DNA of 61,906 nt, filler included, from Nemertoderma westbladi (taxonomy: Eukaryota; Animalia; Xenacoelomorpha), in NCBI GenBank assembly GCA_032718475.1. It is 3 parts of 3 records of this genome, joined end to end, with 100 filler letters (N's around TTAATTAATTAA, not from the genome) between each part and the next. Parts side by side here need not be neighbours in the genome. Positions count along the whole stretch, not along the records: positions 51,268 to 61,906 come from JAUCBJ010005179.1; 2 more parts are not named here. One strand, written 5' to 3'. The notes below the pieces were generated by a model. The model worked only from the letters and a program-made list of their open reading frames with translations. It had not been told where the DNA came from and searched no databases. Below are positions 51,268-61,906 of this stretch, piece by piece (the first letter of the stretch is position 1; each line of letters begins with the position of its first letter). Made by a program: the position numbers and the translations under genes.

Positions 51268-51539
51268 GTATTAGTTAGTTAGTTAGTTAGTTAGCTATTA
51301 TTTAGTTTACTTAATAATAAGTAGCTATTTTGAATATATTGTAATTTATTCTATAACATATTTTATATCAATTATATATTTGTAAATTCTAATTTAATTT
51401 CTATCTTCTAATTTAACTTCTCTAATTTAAATATCAATAAATTATAATAAATAAAATTAATAATAAATAATAACAAAAAATGAATAATAATGCAAAATTT
51501 TAAATGTTTTGTGACATTCAAAAGTCGGCCTCCGCTAGC

Positions 51540-54500
51540 AGAGGCCAGAATTCCGGTGTCACGGCCTATACTAGGTATCGCCTTGGGTGGCCCCCATTCC
51601 ATAAACACACTCTGTAGTTTAGAAATGACGCCATCTATTGATTTGTTTGGAACTTTATGCCAGATTGTGAAATTTGAACAGCAATCTAATATAGTGAGTG
51701 ACATAGCTACTTTATTTATAGTCTATAAAATCATTTGAGAGGCGGTCCCCGGGCAGTTCCGTCTTTGCAGTTCCTGTCGGCATTTTAACTGGCGGAGGGT
51801 CAATGCTCTGACATTCAGTGCAGTGGTATAATATTGCTGCTAATATCTCCTTCTTTATTTGAACACCTTTAAGTTCTCTATCAATTTTGCACAAGTCCTC
51901 TAAGCGATCAACACCAATGTGAGCAATATTGTGTAAGTTTGTAGCTCGTTCCTTGATATCAACCTCGCCCATTGGTTGATTTGATTCATTGGTTTCATCT
52001 ACACCAATAGCTGTGGTTATAAGGGTCTCCTTCACCTTTGTGAGTGACATTTAGCCACTTCCTAGAAACGCGGGTTAGAACGTCAGCTCGGTTTTTTGCT
52101 GATGGAACGAGTTCTATGGATACTGTCAACTCAAGTTCTTTAATGGTGTCTTTAAGTACTTCAAGTCGTCGTCGAATTAGCATTTTGGATAAACCATTCG
52201 TGCGCAGCTGGTGTTCGTCATTAAGCATCGACTACTTGACCCAGGCATACACTGGAGCTGAGTCCGTATATATTTTCAGTTTCCTTAGATCTCATTCTAA
52301 GCCCATGTTAACTCCTTGAATTACAGCTGTTAGTTCTGCAGAGTTTATGTGCTCCAGATCTGAGTCCTTCAGTAGCCATGCCCCGTCTTCTGCTGTTCGT
52401 CCTCCAATTCGAACCATAGCCCTGTTGCTAGGTTACTAGCATCTACCCAGACATCGCCCTAAATGCCAGTGACGATTGGCCATTCACCTTTTACCGGGTC
52501 ATCGAAATGTACAAACTTTATAATTTCTATTAGTAGGTATTATATTCATAGGTACTGAGGCTGCCTGGCATTGTAGCCAACTCAGCGCGACCCTTAACCA
52601 TCCTCCAATCAAATAATTCCCTCGCAGAATACCAACAATGGACAAGAGTTTCCTATGAGTAATCTTTTTATTAATATTCTCGGGGTTGGGAACTGATGCA
52701 TCTCGCCGCCATTTCCCATTGGAAACATATACCCCGAGGATTCGTGCTCCATCTTTGAGTTCAGTTCCATGTTTTGTAACCAGACCATATCGAGCAAAGT
52801 GGTCGCGAACCTCATCTACAGTAACTCCAGTTGAAAGATCGACATAAATGTCATCCCTGAACGTACTTGTTGCATCTTTAATCCATTTATTTTGTCGGCA
52901 GGTCTCGTCAACAATATCATCAAGAATCTTAGGTCAATCGAGTCATTAAATATCTTTTTCCATTATATATTACTGTTTGGTATGGATGCAGTCCACCAGC
53001 AATTCTGATTTGCATATAGGACCATTTCAAGTCAATTATCGCAGTTTTGTTCCCCATACGAATATAGTTACGTAGTTTATCATTGCTTGCAGCCACCTCA
53101 TTACCTGGCTGCTTAATTATGTATTCATTGAGTTTCCGAAAATCCATGATGGGGCGAACCCTGTCTTTACGAGGTTCGTGCTTCCCTATGAGCGGAATCA
53201 GTCCTTTTACAACCCCACTATATTTTACCAGCCAACCTTGTTCCACCCATTCCTCCATGGCCTTGGCATATTTACTTTTTAAGTGGTCTGGAATATTGTA
53301 TTCTGTTACTTGATTGGTCAGTCTAGTGGGACCAATTCCCTTTTCAAATTTATATTCAGCTTCCCAGTAAGTACCATTAAATTTTGCTGAATAGTCTGTT
53401 TTTTCAATTTTAAATTTTGGAGTTTCTGGGACAGTTAGGTTTTCTGGGTTAGTGCCTGTTGCTGCAATTTTTTGTAAATTACCGGTAGGCCTACCCTTTT
53501 CTATTAATAAAGCTTCAAATTTTCCGTTATCTAATTGACAATGATATTCCCCCAACCCTTTTAATCAAGTCCCAACCAAAAATCACATCCTGTCCGCAAA
53601 CAAGTTATTGTACAACGGAGAAGACCCATTGAATTTTGTGCCCTGAATCCAGTTCAACAGTAGTTTTAAATTGCCTACCCATATCTACTGTACGAGTCCC
53701 ATCTAATGTGACGGGATCGTAAGATCCCGACCGTGTTAGATTTGTACGTGTCACCGTTCTGCTAGGCAGTTGCACTAAGTCGTTTTGGCCCAAGGCCGTC
53801 GGGGAAAATAATAGAGTTTCTGCTTCTCAATATTAATACTCCGAACGATAATAGCACAATCAGTATGTAATTGGTATCATGATAACACAGATATAACAGC
53901 AGAAATGCACAGATTAATTGGTGATGTTAGTGGCGGTGACAGTCATAAACTATGACCGGTCTGCAACTCTGTAACTAATGAACTGACCGGTAAATCAGTA
54001 ATGCAGAATAATATATGATTGATACACACAGATATTGGTTTCACCTCTTACTGTACTTGGCCCTCTGTACCCAGTGGATGCTTTCCTATCTCTAATCACG
54101 TGCTTCCCTCCCCGCTATTGGCTAATATACTAATTGTCACTTTGGCACTCCCTGTGAGTGTTTCCCCCCGCTGCTAGCCTCTACTAGCTGTTGTCCCTCC
54201 GAGGTGGTTTGACCTCTCACCTCTCTCTGTGGCTTTAGGGCTTGTGTCACCCCCCCCCCCCCCCCATGATTAATATTGGTAATCTCGTATCCCCAACTAT
54301 ATTAGTAAAATGCCACTGGTCCCATTTTCTGGTGGGTAATGAAGTGGAATTGAATCCGCTTACATCTAACATTATTATCTCTTTAGGAGCCCCAATAAAA
54401 ACAAATGTACCCGATATATTGCTAATAAATTTGGAACTCATAATGATCTTCATGCAGCCTGAGTCTACAAGTGCCTGGACAATTTTCCCACCGCAGTTTA

Positions 54501-55460
54501 TTTGAATATTCGGTAAGTCGCCAGAGCTATAGTTTGGGGAATGTCCAATGGCGCAAAGGTCGCTCCCGTCTACTAGTTTCCCGAATTCGACCATCTATCG
54601 ACCACACACCCCCTAGCGAAATGGTCTTTCCCCCTTAGGATTTCCTCCTCTACTCTGCTAACAATAGCGGGCATAGTGGCCTACTTCGCCGCACTTAAAA
54701 TACCCGTTTCGTGTGGGTTCTTGTCGTCGACTCTCATCGTCGCCACTCGCTTCGCCTCTCCATCAGTGTCCATACTCGTGCTCCCTGAATCCCGACGGGG
54801 GAATCCCTCTTCCACCTCGCCCACTAGAGAATCCACCTCGATTCTGTCGGTCTCGATTTCTAGGGTGGTGGAATCCGAAACCGGAAGCACCAAACTGCTC
54901 GCGCCCACCTTGCCATCCCAGCTGTTCATTTTTTCCTGCACTCTTGGAGATGAGTCGTCTTGATTGTGATAGTAGCTCATCGAGGTTTAGTTATCCAGCA
55001 AGGGCCTTCGTTTCCCCCTGGATTGACTCTGGCAGTCCACTAACAAACTGAGCCGCCAGCATAGACTGGGTACAATTTCCATTGATGTCATCAGCATCAC
55101 CCTCCGTTATTAGGAATAGCAACCGTTTCAAGTCGGCCAAGAATGTATCAACGGCTTCACCGGGTTTCACCAGGTTGTTTGTAAGCGGAGTAGGCGTTTA
55201 CAATGAGAGCCTTCTTTACTTCATCGTAGTTTCCCTTTGATTCCCCCGGGAGTTGCGATACTACCGCGTAGGCTGGCCCTTCTAACGACAGTCTCAAATA
55301 CGTGGCCTTAGATTCAGGTTTTAGGTTCGATTCAACTTCAAGAACTCTATAAGTATCTTCAAAAGTTTGTAGCCAAGCGCACGGTTCAATGGATCCATCA
55401 TACTTTTTAACGTAGTCCGATAGTTTCGGTGCCATACTTTAGTTAACTCCCAGTTAGCTT
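51540..55460 (-). mobile_element. Degenerate Gypsy/Ty3 LTR retrotransposon internal region (gag, protease, RT, RNase H, partial integrase)
   Basis: gag (YDG...WL...LRLSLEGPAYAV), protease (ALVDSG), RT (LIPL...VRPIMDFRKLN, IDLKWSYMQI, DDIYV), RNase H (INSAEL, YTDS, VPSAKNRADVLTR) and integrase HHCC (LHNIAHIG...CTEC), in Gypsy order. Many stops and frameshifts. Confidence 0.92.
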
Positions 55461-57599
55461 ATTGCACCACCGATATTATTATATTATTCAATAACTCAAC
55501 AAGTACAACTCATTACGGTATGATCGCAAAGTTAACAAAACAATAGAGCATAGTCCAACGGGTAAATCCTCCCCACAACCCATCACCACTCTCCAGTCTG
55601 CCCTCGCCTACCGGTCCAGTCTGCCCGTTCTCTCCCCCTTTCTCCATTGGGGCGAGCCATCTAGTTCCCTTACTTACTCCCACGAACTATTTATACTACA
55701 ATTACCCTGATGATTTACAGACTAAGCCAAAGTTGAACATATCATGAAGCAATATTGTTATGTTATCGTTACAGTGAAGCAATAGGTTGTGAAACGATTT
55801 ATACTTGTTGTACATCACTATCACTCAGTAACATACAACGTAGACTCTGGTAGACAATAAGATTGTCGTGGTTGTCCAACATTACATACCTACAACATCA
55901 TAGTCTGTGTTGAATCCAAACCGCAATATATTATATATTACCATGGAAATCAAATCCAAAATTATCAAGATAAATAGCTGGTTTTGGCCCCTTTATATAA
56001 CCGAACCCTAGTTTATATCCCGTTAGTTTAACCCCGTCCTATATTATCATCCCCTCCACCTCGATTGGGTGTAGTAATAGTGGCACCTCGACCAAGTTCG
56101 AAGGAGTGTTGGTTCCATATAACATTTTCCAACACAGAAAGTTGTTATACAAGCTCCTAGCACTGTAATCTTCCGAAACAAAACAATGGTACGTAGAATG
56201 AACTTTTGGAGGGAAACGAGATAATTCTATTTTTCTGGAAAGCCGTGTTTTGGATAATAAAATTGGTCATAACAAGAGGGATTTGGTTGTCAACACAGTC
56301 AGGATGGAATGAGGTATTGATGATGTATCCGGGATATTCTGAATAGGTTTGGATGAGATGAGTAGGGAGGTAGAGCTGCACCGCTGGGGGCACCTCCACT
56401 AGTATCAATAGCCTCATTGTGTAGCCAAATAAAGGTGAATCTGAGATTCGGTTTGATTGAAATCTGCTGAGGGCGCAACGACCATCCCTTGCGTATTCAA
56501 CCATGAAACCTAATCAGAAGATACTTAAACGAATGACACGTCAGTTTCAAATACATTGAATTAAATCTGTACATAACGCAATAAACTGTCATATGTTTGT
56601 GATGGGAGATTCTGGTGAGCTTTGGTCAATATTTTTTTGGCTCAAGGCAGCTTCTGGGAGAGTTTGCGACAGTTTGGAGCGATTTTTAATTCAGTTGTTA
56701 ACCAGTTAAAGCTATACTTGATGACAAGAGATTGATATGATGATAGATTTAATTTTATTAAATCATTTAACTTTCCAAAAAGAACCAACAACGGAGTGAT
56801 CACTGAATGTTCATATAAACGCACAGAACTCGGTACCGATCGGTACAGCGACCGCGGTACAAATCATATTATTTGATAAATTCAAAGGGTCTTTGAACAA
56901 TTGAGATTTAAACAATTTAGAAAATTGCAACAACCCAAGATCGTGTGAAGGCTGGTCTAGTCAGAGGGAATTGATACCAGCTACAATAAGTTAATTCACA
57001 TGTCAGTTTCTTACACGTTGTTGGTGTGCGTTTATAATAACATACAGATAGGCCTATTATTACAAATGGTGGTATAAATAGTTTCATTTCATAGAGTATA
57101 ATTCGATATAATTATACTATGGCCGTTTTCCAAAAGTCTGTGTGTGACAGTCAGCCGTGGTCAGTGTGTTTGTGTGTCGGAAGCCAATATCAGATTATTA
57201 CAATTAGCAACAAGTGTGTATCGTCGGTAATTCGACAAAACCCCCTAAGTCGATTTTTGTAGTTTTGAGAAAAACGAAAAAAACTGAATATTTTAAGAAA
57301 TCTTGAGTAATGCGATCTAATTTTTGACTATATATAATCTAAAATAGCGTATAATTTGTTTGGGCACATATTTTTAGAGGTAGATCGTATTTTAGACCAT
57401 TTAATTTGATATCTGTTGTTTTGCCAGATTGTGAAACAAAATAGTTAGGTTAGAACATACAATTAAGGGGGGGTTATCTTTAGCATGTGGGGTTTTATCA
57501 GATACAGTCTGGCCCATTAAATGATTTATTAGTGGGTCTAAGGGTCCAATAAAGCAAAGCTCTTATATTAGAAACACTGTAATATTACCATTATTTTGA

Positions 57600-58090
57600 T
57601 AATTACTACTTCTACAATCAGCATGCTGCATTGTAACTGCATTATTATGTATTACATATATATTAATAATGCTGTGCCGGCTTGTCAACAAAATTTCGCT
57701 GTCACATCTCCCTACCACTCATGACATTTGCTAGATCATCCGCATCTTCAAGGCCAGTGTTTAGATACGCCTCTAACAGGCGTTCCAAGAAAGGCATGGG
57801 CTGTCCACCATGATTATTTATTCGCCAATGCACAATATTATGCACTGGCTGGTACTCACGGCGAAAGCAATGTCCTGCAAAGCGGAAGCGGTTCAGGTCA
57901 AGTGTCAAGCTAAGGAAGACTAATGGATGTTTCCTCCAATGTTGTATAGAGTCTGATTGGAGATGTGTTCATTGTACTTGACACAATAAAACCGGCGCAT
58001 CATTCTTGTGAAAGTGCCATCCAGAGATTTGGAATCCTCTGGAATCCTCTGCTACTCTAAAGAGAATCGAACCTTTAGATTCCGTTTTAT
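57600..58090 (-). mobile_element. Decayed RTE LINE 3' fragment
   Basis: RFRFAGHCFRREYQPVHN peptide and the RTE 3' UTR in reverse orientation. Confidence 0.85.
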
Positions 58091-58484
58091 TCCATGGGAC
58101 AGCCCAGACTCCCTATTTTTATAACTGTTTGCGCTGTCTGGATTGTGGTCATCTTGCCACACCTACTGTTGGAAACTAATTCATGTTCAGCATCTTCCGT
58201 TAGCATTGAATACTCGTCATTTATTTACCCCGCTATTGATTGCCATAGAATCAGGTAGAGTGTCATACTCAAGATTGATGCTATGAGAATCCGTAGGCCT
58301 AAGAGATAAAACAATCCCTTCTCAATTATTATTGTCTCAATATTTTCTACTGTCCTGTGCCCTCATCATCTCTGATATTGTTGTTGTAGGCTTCTAAAAC
58401 AAATAAATCTCGATTCGTCATTACTTCACCGTGAACATCTTCAGCTACACTCACTAAACATTGAACATCTCCCGCTAAACTCTA

Positions 58485-59728
58485 TAATCGGCCTGCTGCA
58501 TTGAAACTGGTCATTGAGATGCTGGCTTAACAAAAATATTTTGCTACCACCATGCAATCCACAATTGACAAGCCCAATGCAGGGGTCATTAAGAATGCTA
58601 TGCCGGCTTATCTACTAAGATTCACCGCCACAACTCACTATCCCCCATGACTTTCGCGAGACTATTCGCATCTACAAAACCAGTGTCCTGTAAGAGGCGT
58701 CTCACAAAAGTCATGTACTGTCCACCATGCTTATTTTCTCCATGGGGCTGCCAAAGCACAAGATTATGCACAGGCTGGTCCTCACTGCGAAAACAATCTC
58801 CTGCAAAGCGGAGTGTTCAAGTGTCAAGCTTGGGGGAACCAATGAGACACCTCCAATGTTATATAGTGTCTGGTTGGAGATGTGTGCATTGTACTTGACA
58901 CAATGAACCCGGCGTAGCATTCTTGTGAATGTGCCATCCAGAGATTTGGTGTCCTCAGCAGTTAGAGCCCAGCATGGACTCCCATAGAGGAGTACTGGAA
59001 CTACTGCTGCTCTAAATAATCGGACCTTAAGTTTCCGATTAATTCTTGGTGACTTCCAAATCCTGGAAAGCCTATTCAAGGCTGCCCATGCCTTTCCCTT
59101 ACGTATTCGAAGGTCCTCACCTGACTTCCGGATCCATGATCCCAGGTAACAGAAGTCTTCCACTTGCTCAAGCATACCATCCTTTGAGCATATGCTCATC
59201 CGGTCAGAGACTTGCTGAGGACTTTCAAAGTTAACTGTAAAAATTTTCTAATGAGCTGAGGAGCTGTTCGTCTCCTTCTAGTGATTAGGAGAGTACTCCT
59301 AAGTTATCAGCAAAGTCTAGATCAGTTAGGTACTTTGCAGGATTTCCTCGACTTCTGGAGCCAGTAGGTGCAGTTACCATCACCCCATCATCATTATGAT
59401 GATCTAAGGTCATTAGTAGAACATAGTCAACCACAATTATGAACAAGAATGGCGCAAGTGTGTCTCCTTGGAGGACGCCCCATAACACTTCAAATGGTTC
59501 TGTGTCACCGTCAACAGTAGACACAAATGTTGTCTAACCATCGTATACTGATCTGATTGCTGCAATAATTCCATCAGGAATCCCATATAATGAAAGTATG
59601 CTGAACATACGTGAGCGAGAGACTGAATCAAAGGGCTTGACGAAGTCAACAAAGCTAACAGCCAGATGTCTGTCTGTCTTTTTTGACAACTCTTCAATTA
59701 TCCTTCTAAGTGAAAAAATGGGCTCACA
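58485..59728 (-). mobile_element. RTE LINE copy, 5'-truncated, with deletions and stops
   Basis: Closely similar (reverse) to 44710-45690; the 3' part matches the 8650-8929 variant. Confidence 0.92.
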
Positions 59729-59744
59729 TTCTTTATACGGAACC

Positions 59745-59981
59745 CAAATCATCTCCAGCTACACTCACAACTGATTGAACATTGTCAGTTACATTCACTA
59801 CCGGTTGAACATCTCCAGCTATACTCACTACCGGTTGAACATCTTCAGCTACACTCACTACTGGTTGAACATCTCCAGCTACACTCACTACCGGTTGAAC
59901 ATCTCCAGTTACTCTCACTACCAGTTGAACATCTTCAGTTACACTCAGTACTGGTTGTACATCGTCAGCTACACTCACTAC
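59745..59981. repeat. 30-bp minisatellite, ~8 copies
   Basis: ttgaacatctccagctacactcactaccgg tandem; two further units at ~58431-58482. Confidence 0.92.
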
Positions 59982-60001
59982 AAAATAAGATCCCGTTTAT
60001 C

Positions 60002-60151
60002 TCAAAGGACACTGGCCTTGACGATGCGGATGATCCAGCAAATATCATGGGTGATAGGGATTTGTGGCGTTGCAATTTTGTGGACATGCCAACACAGCAT
60101 TCTTAAAATGCACCTGCAATGAAACGTGCCGATCCTAGTAGTAGTAGTAGT
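60002..60151 (+). mobile_element. Short RTE 3' fragment with (TAG)n tail
   Basis: Matches 45795-45937; ends gccgatcctagtagtagtagtag. Confidence 0.85.
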
Positions 60152-60552
60152 GTAAATGGACCCCCCTCCCCAGATTTTCGCCAAAGGTTAAAATAAGCAT
60201 TACAAATTTTCAGCTATTTAAAAATACTGTTAAGTGTTGAGAGGCAACCTATTCATTTAATACTAACACCGTAGACCTACTTCAAAACTCACTCCATTAA
60301 TTAATTCAAGGCCAATTATCCTATCATATTGTGGCAAACTGGCATTTTGGGGGTTTTATCAGAACGAATAATTAAAAGTCCCTCTGACATTTAACTAATA
60401 AGAAACCCCCTAATATCTAATTTAAGGGGTTTTATCAGAAATTAAATCCCATATTGAAGGTGCTTAAACAGAGTTTTTTCCTACTTAGGGGGTTTTATCA
60501 GATCAAGCGATATTTAGACGGGATCTTATTTTGCGTTTTTCTCCGTTATTAA

Positions 60553-61906
60553 CCCTATTAAACCCGGGGGGGGGGGGTCAATATGACCCCTCCCGTGGTT
60601 TTTTTATTATAATTCTGAAACAAACGCAGTTGGGAATCTGAAATTTTATGACTTTTCCTAAAAATCTATTGTCTTCCTAGTAGTGAAAACCGTTTTCAAA
60701 AATATTGGGTACTTTTCGAGTTATAGCACCATATTTTAACCCTACTTTTGGCACTTTTTTTGAGACGTTTTTTGAAAATTACATTTCATTAAATATGAAT
60801 TGTAACATCTCTATTTTTGATTTACACCGGTTTTTTGGTGTTAGAAATTGGATGGAATTCATATAAATTGATTTAGAAATTTCAAACTTGTTTTTTTCGG
60901 TGGGTGCCAAATTTTGGTGCCAGCACCAAATTTTGAAATAAGTCAATTTTGTAAATTGATTGTTTGAAACTTGTTTTTTACGTAATTGGGGTTTTTTGGG
61001 GTTCTGGATTCGATGAAATATATACGAGTTGCACCAAGCGTATCAAACTTGTATTTTTCGGTGCTGTGTGCAAATTTTGGTGCTAGCACGAAATTTTGAA
61101 AATCCATTCAATAGATAAAATTGCTTGTGACAATTTATTTCTTGCGGTTTAGAGGTTTATGGCTGTTCTGAATTCAATGGAAAATATAATTATCGAACTG
61201 GACATCTCAAACTTGTATTTTTCGGATGTGGGTGCAAAATGTGGTGCTAGCACCAAATTTTGAAAACCATCAAATATATCAATTGATTGTGTCACCTTGT
61301 TTCTTGCGTTATACGGGTTTGTGATGGTTCTGAATTCAATGGAATCAGTAAAAATTTCATAAGAGTTCTCAAACTTGTATTTTTCGCCGGTGGGTGAAAA
61401 TTGTTGTGTCAGCACCAAATTTTGGAAAATATGCAAATTGATAAGTAGATAGTATCGCCTTGTTTCTTGCGTTATACGGGTTTATGAGGGTCCTGAATCC
61501 GATGGAATCAATAAAAACAGCACTGGACATCGCAAACTTGTACGTTTTGGTGATGGGTACGAAATTTGGTGCTAGCACCAAAATTTGCCAAATTACGCCG
61601 AAAAATACAAGTAGCAATGATCTGGCATATTATAAATGTATTCCATTAGAATCAGCGCCCTCGAAAACCTGAAAATGTGAATTTATAGCATCGTATAAGT
61701 GAATTAAAAATTTTGTGTTCTAACTGAAAAGTGCTGGTTACTTGTTTTTTTCATTTTTTTCCTACGCAGTGAGGACTAAACAGCCATTTATAGTAATCAT
61801 ATCATTTTTTAATATTTTCCAATGTATTTTGCACCCCAGAAAACCTGTATTAAAAATATTTAGCCGAAAATGTAACTTTCAAATTTTGTGAAAATTGTGC
61901 ACTACT
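60553..61906 (+). mobile_element. Probable piggyBac-like non-autonomous element (left end) with ~160-bp internal tandem repeats
   Basis: TTAA (60549-60552) followed by CCCT and a GGGGGTCA...TGACCCC hairpin. caaacttgt anchors recur at ~60882, 61043, 61208, 61369 and 61533. The right end is not in the window. Confidence 0.6.

Noticed and set aside
55800-56960. Minus-strand ORFs 56157-56504 and 56642-56824 as a gene
   Set aside because: No recognisable motif and no consistent exon chain; possibly decayed coding DNA but unsupported.

Overview
This is AT-rich, intron-containing, repeat-dense eukaryotic DNA, most likely an invertebrate animal. It consists of three contigs joined by artificial 100-bp linkers (N44-TTAATTAATTAA-N44). 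Contig 1 (1-31576) carries a coilin-like terminal exon, a complete five-exon gene (~1073 aa) for a receptor-like protein (signal peptide, plant-type LRRs, Cys-rich stalk, ~11 TM segments), a ~10-kb array of a 51-bp minisatellite interrupted by an internally deleted hAT transposon, a MULE derivative, and cyclin K (cut by the contig end). Contigs 2 and 3 are mostly transposon debris: hATm-like, a TIR element containing a CRE LINE fragment, RTE LINEs, Gypsy, piggyBac-like and Helentron-associated-like elements, plus a disrupted PWWP-domain ORF. The best novelty candidate is the LRR/multi-pass membrane gene. The satellite and decayed ORFs also preserve likely transposon excision footprints. Family assignments come from motif recognition by eye, not database searches, and repeat boundaries are approximate unless a TSD or TIR is given.
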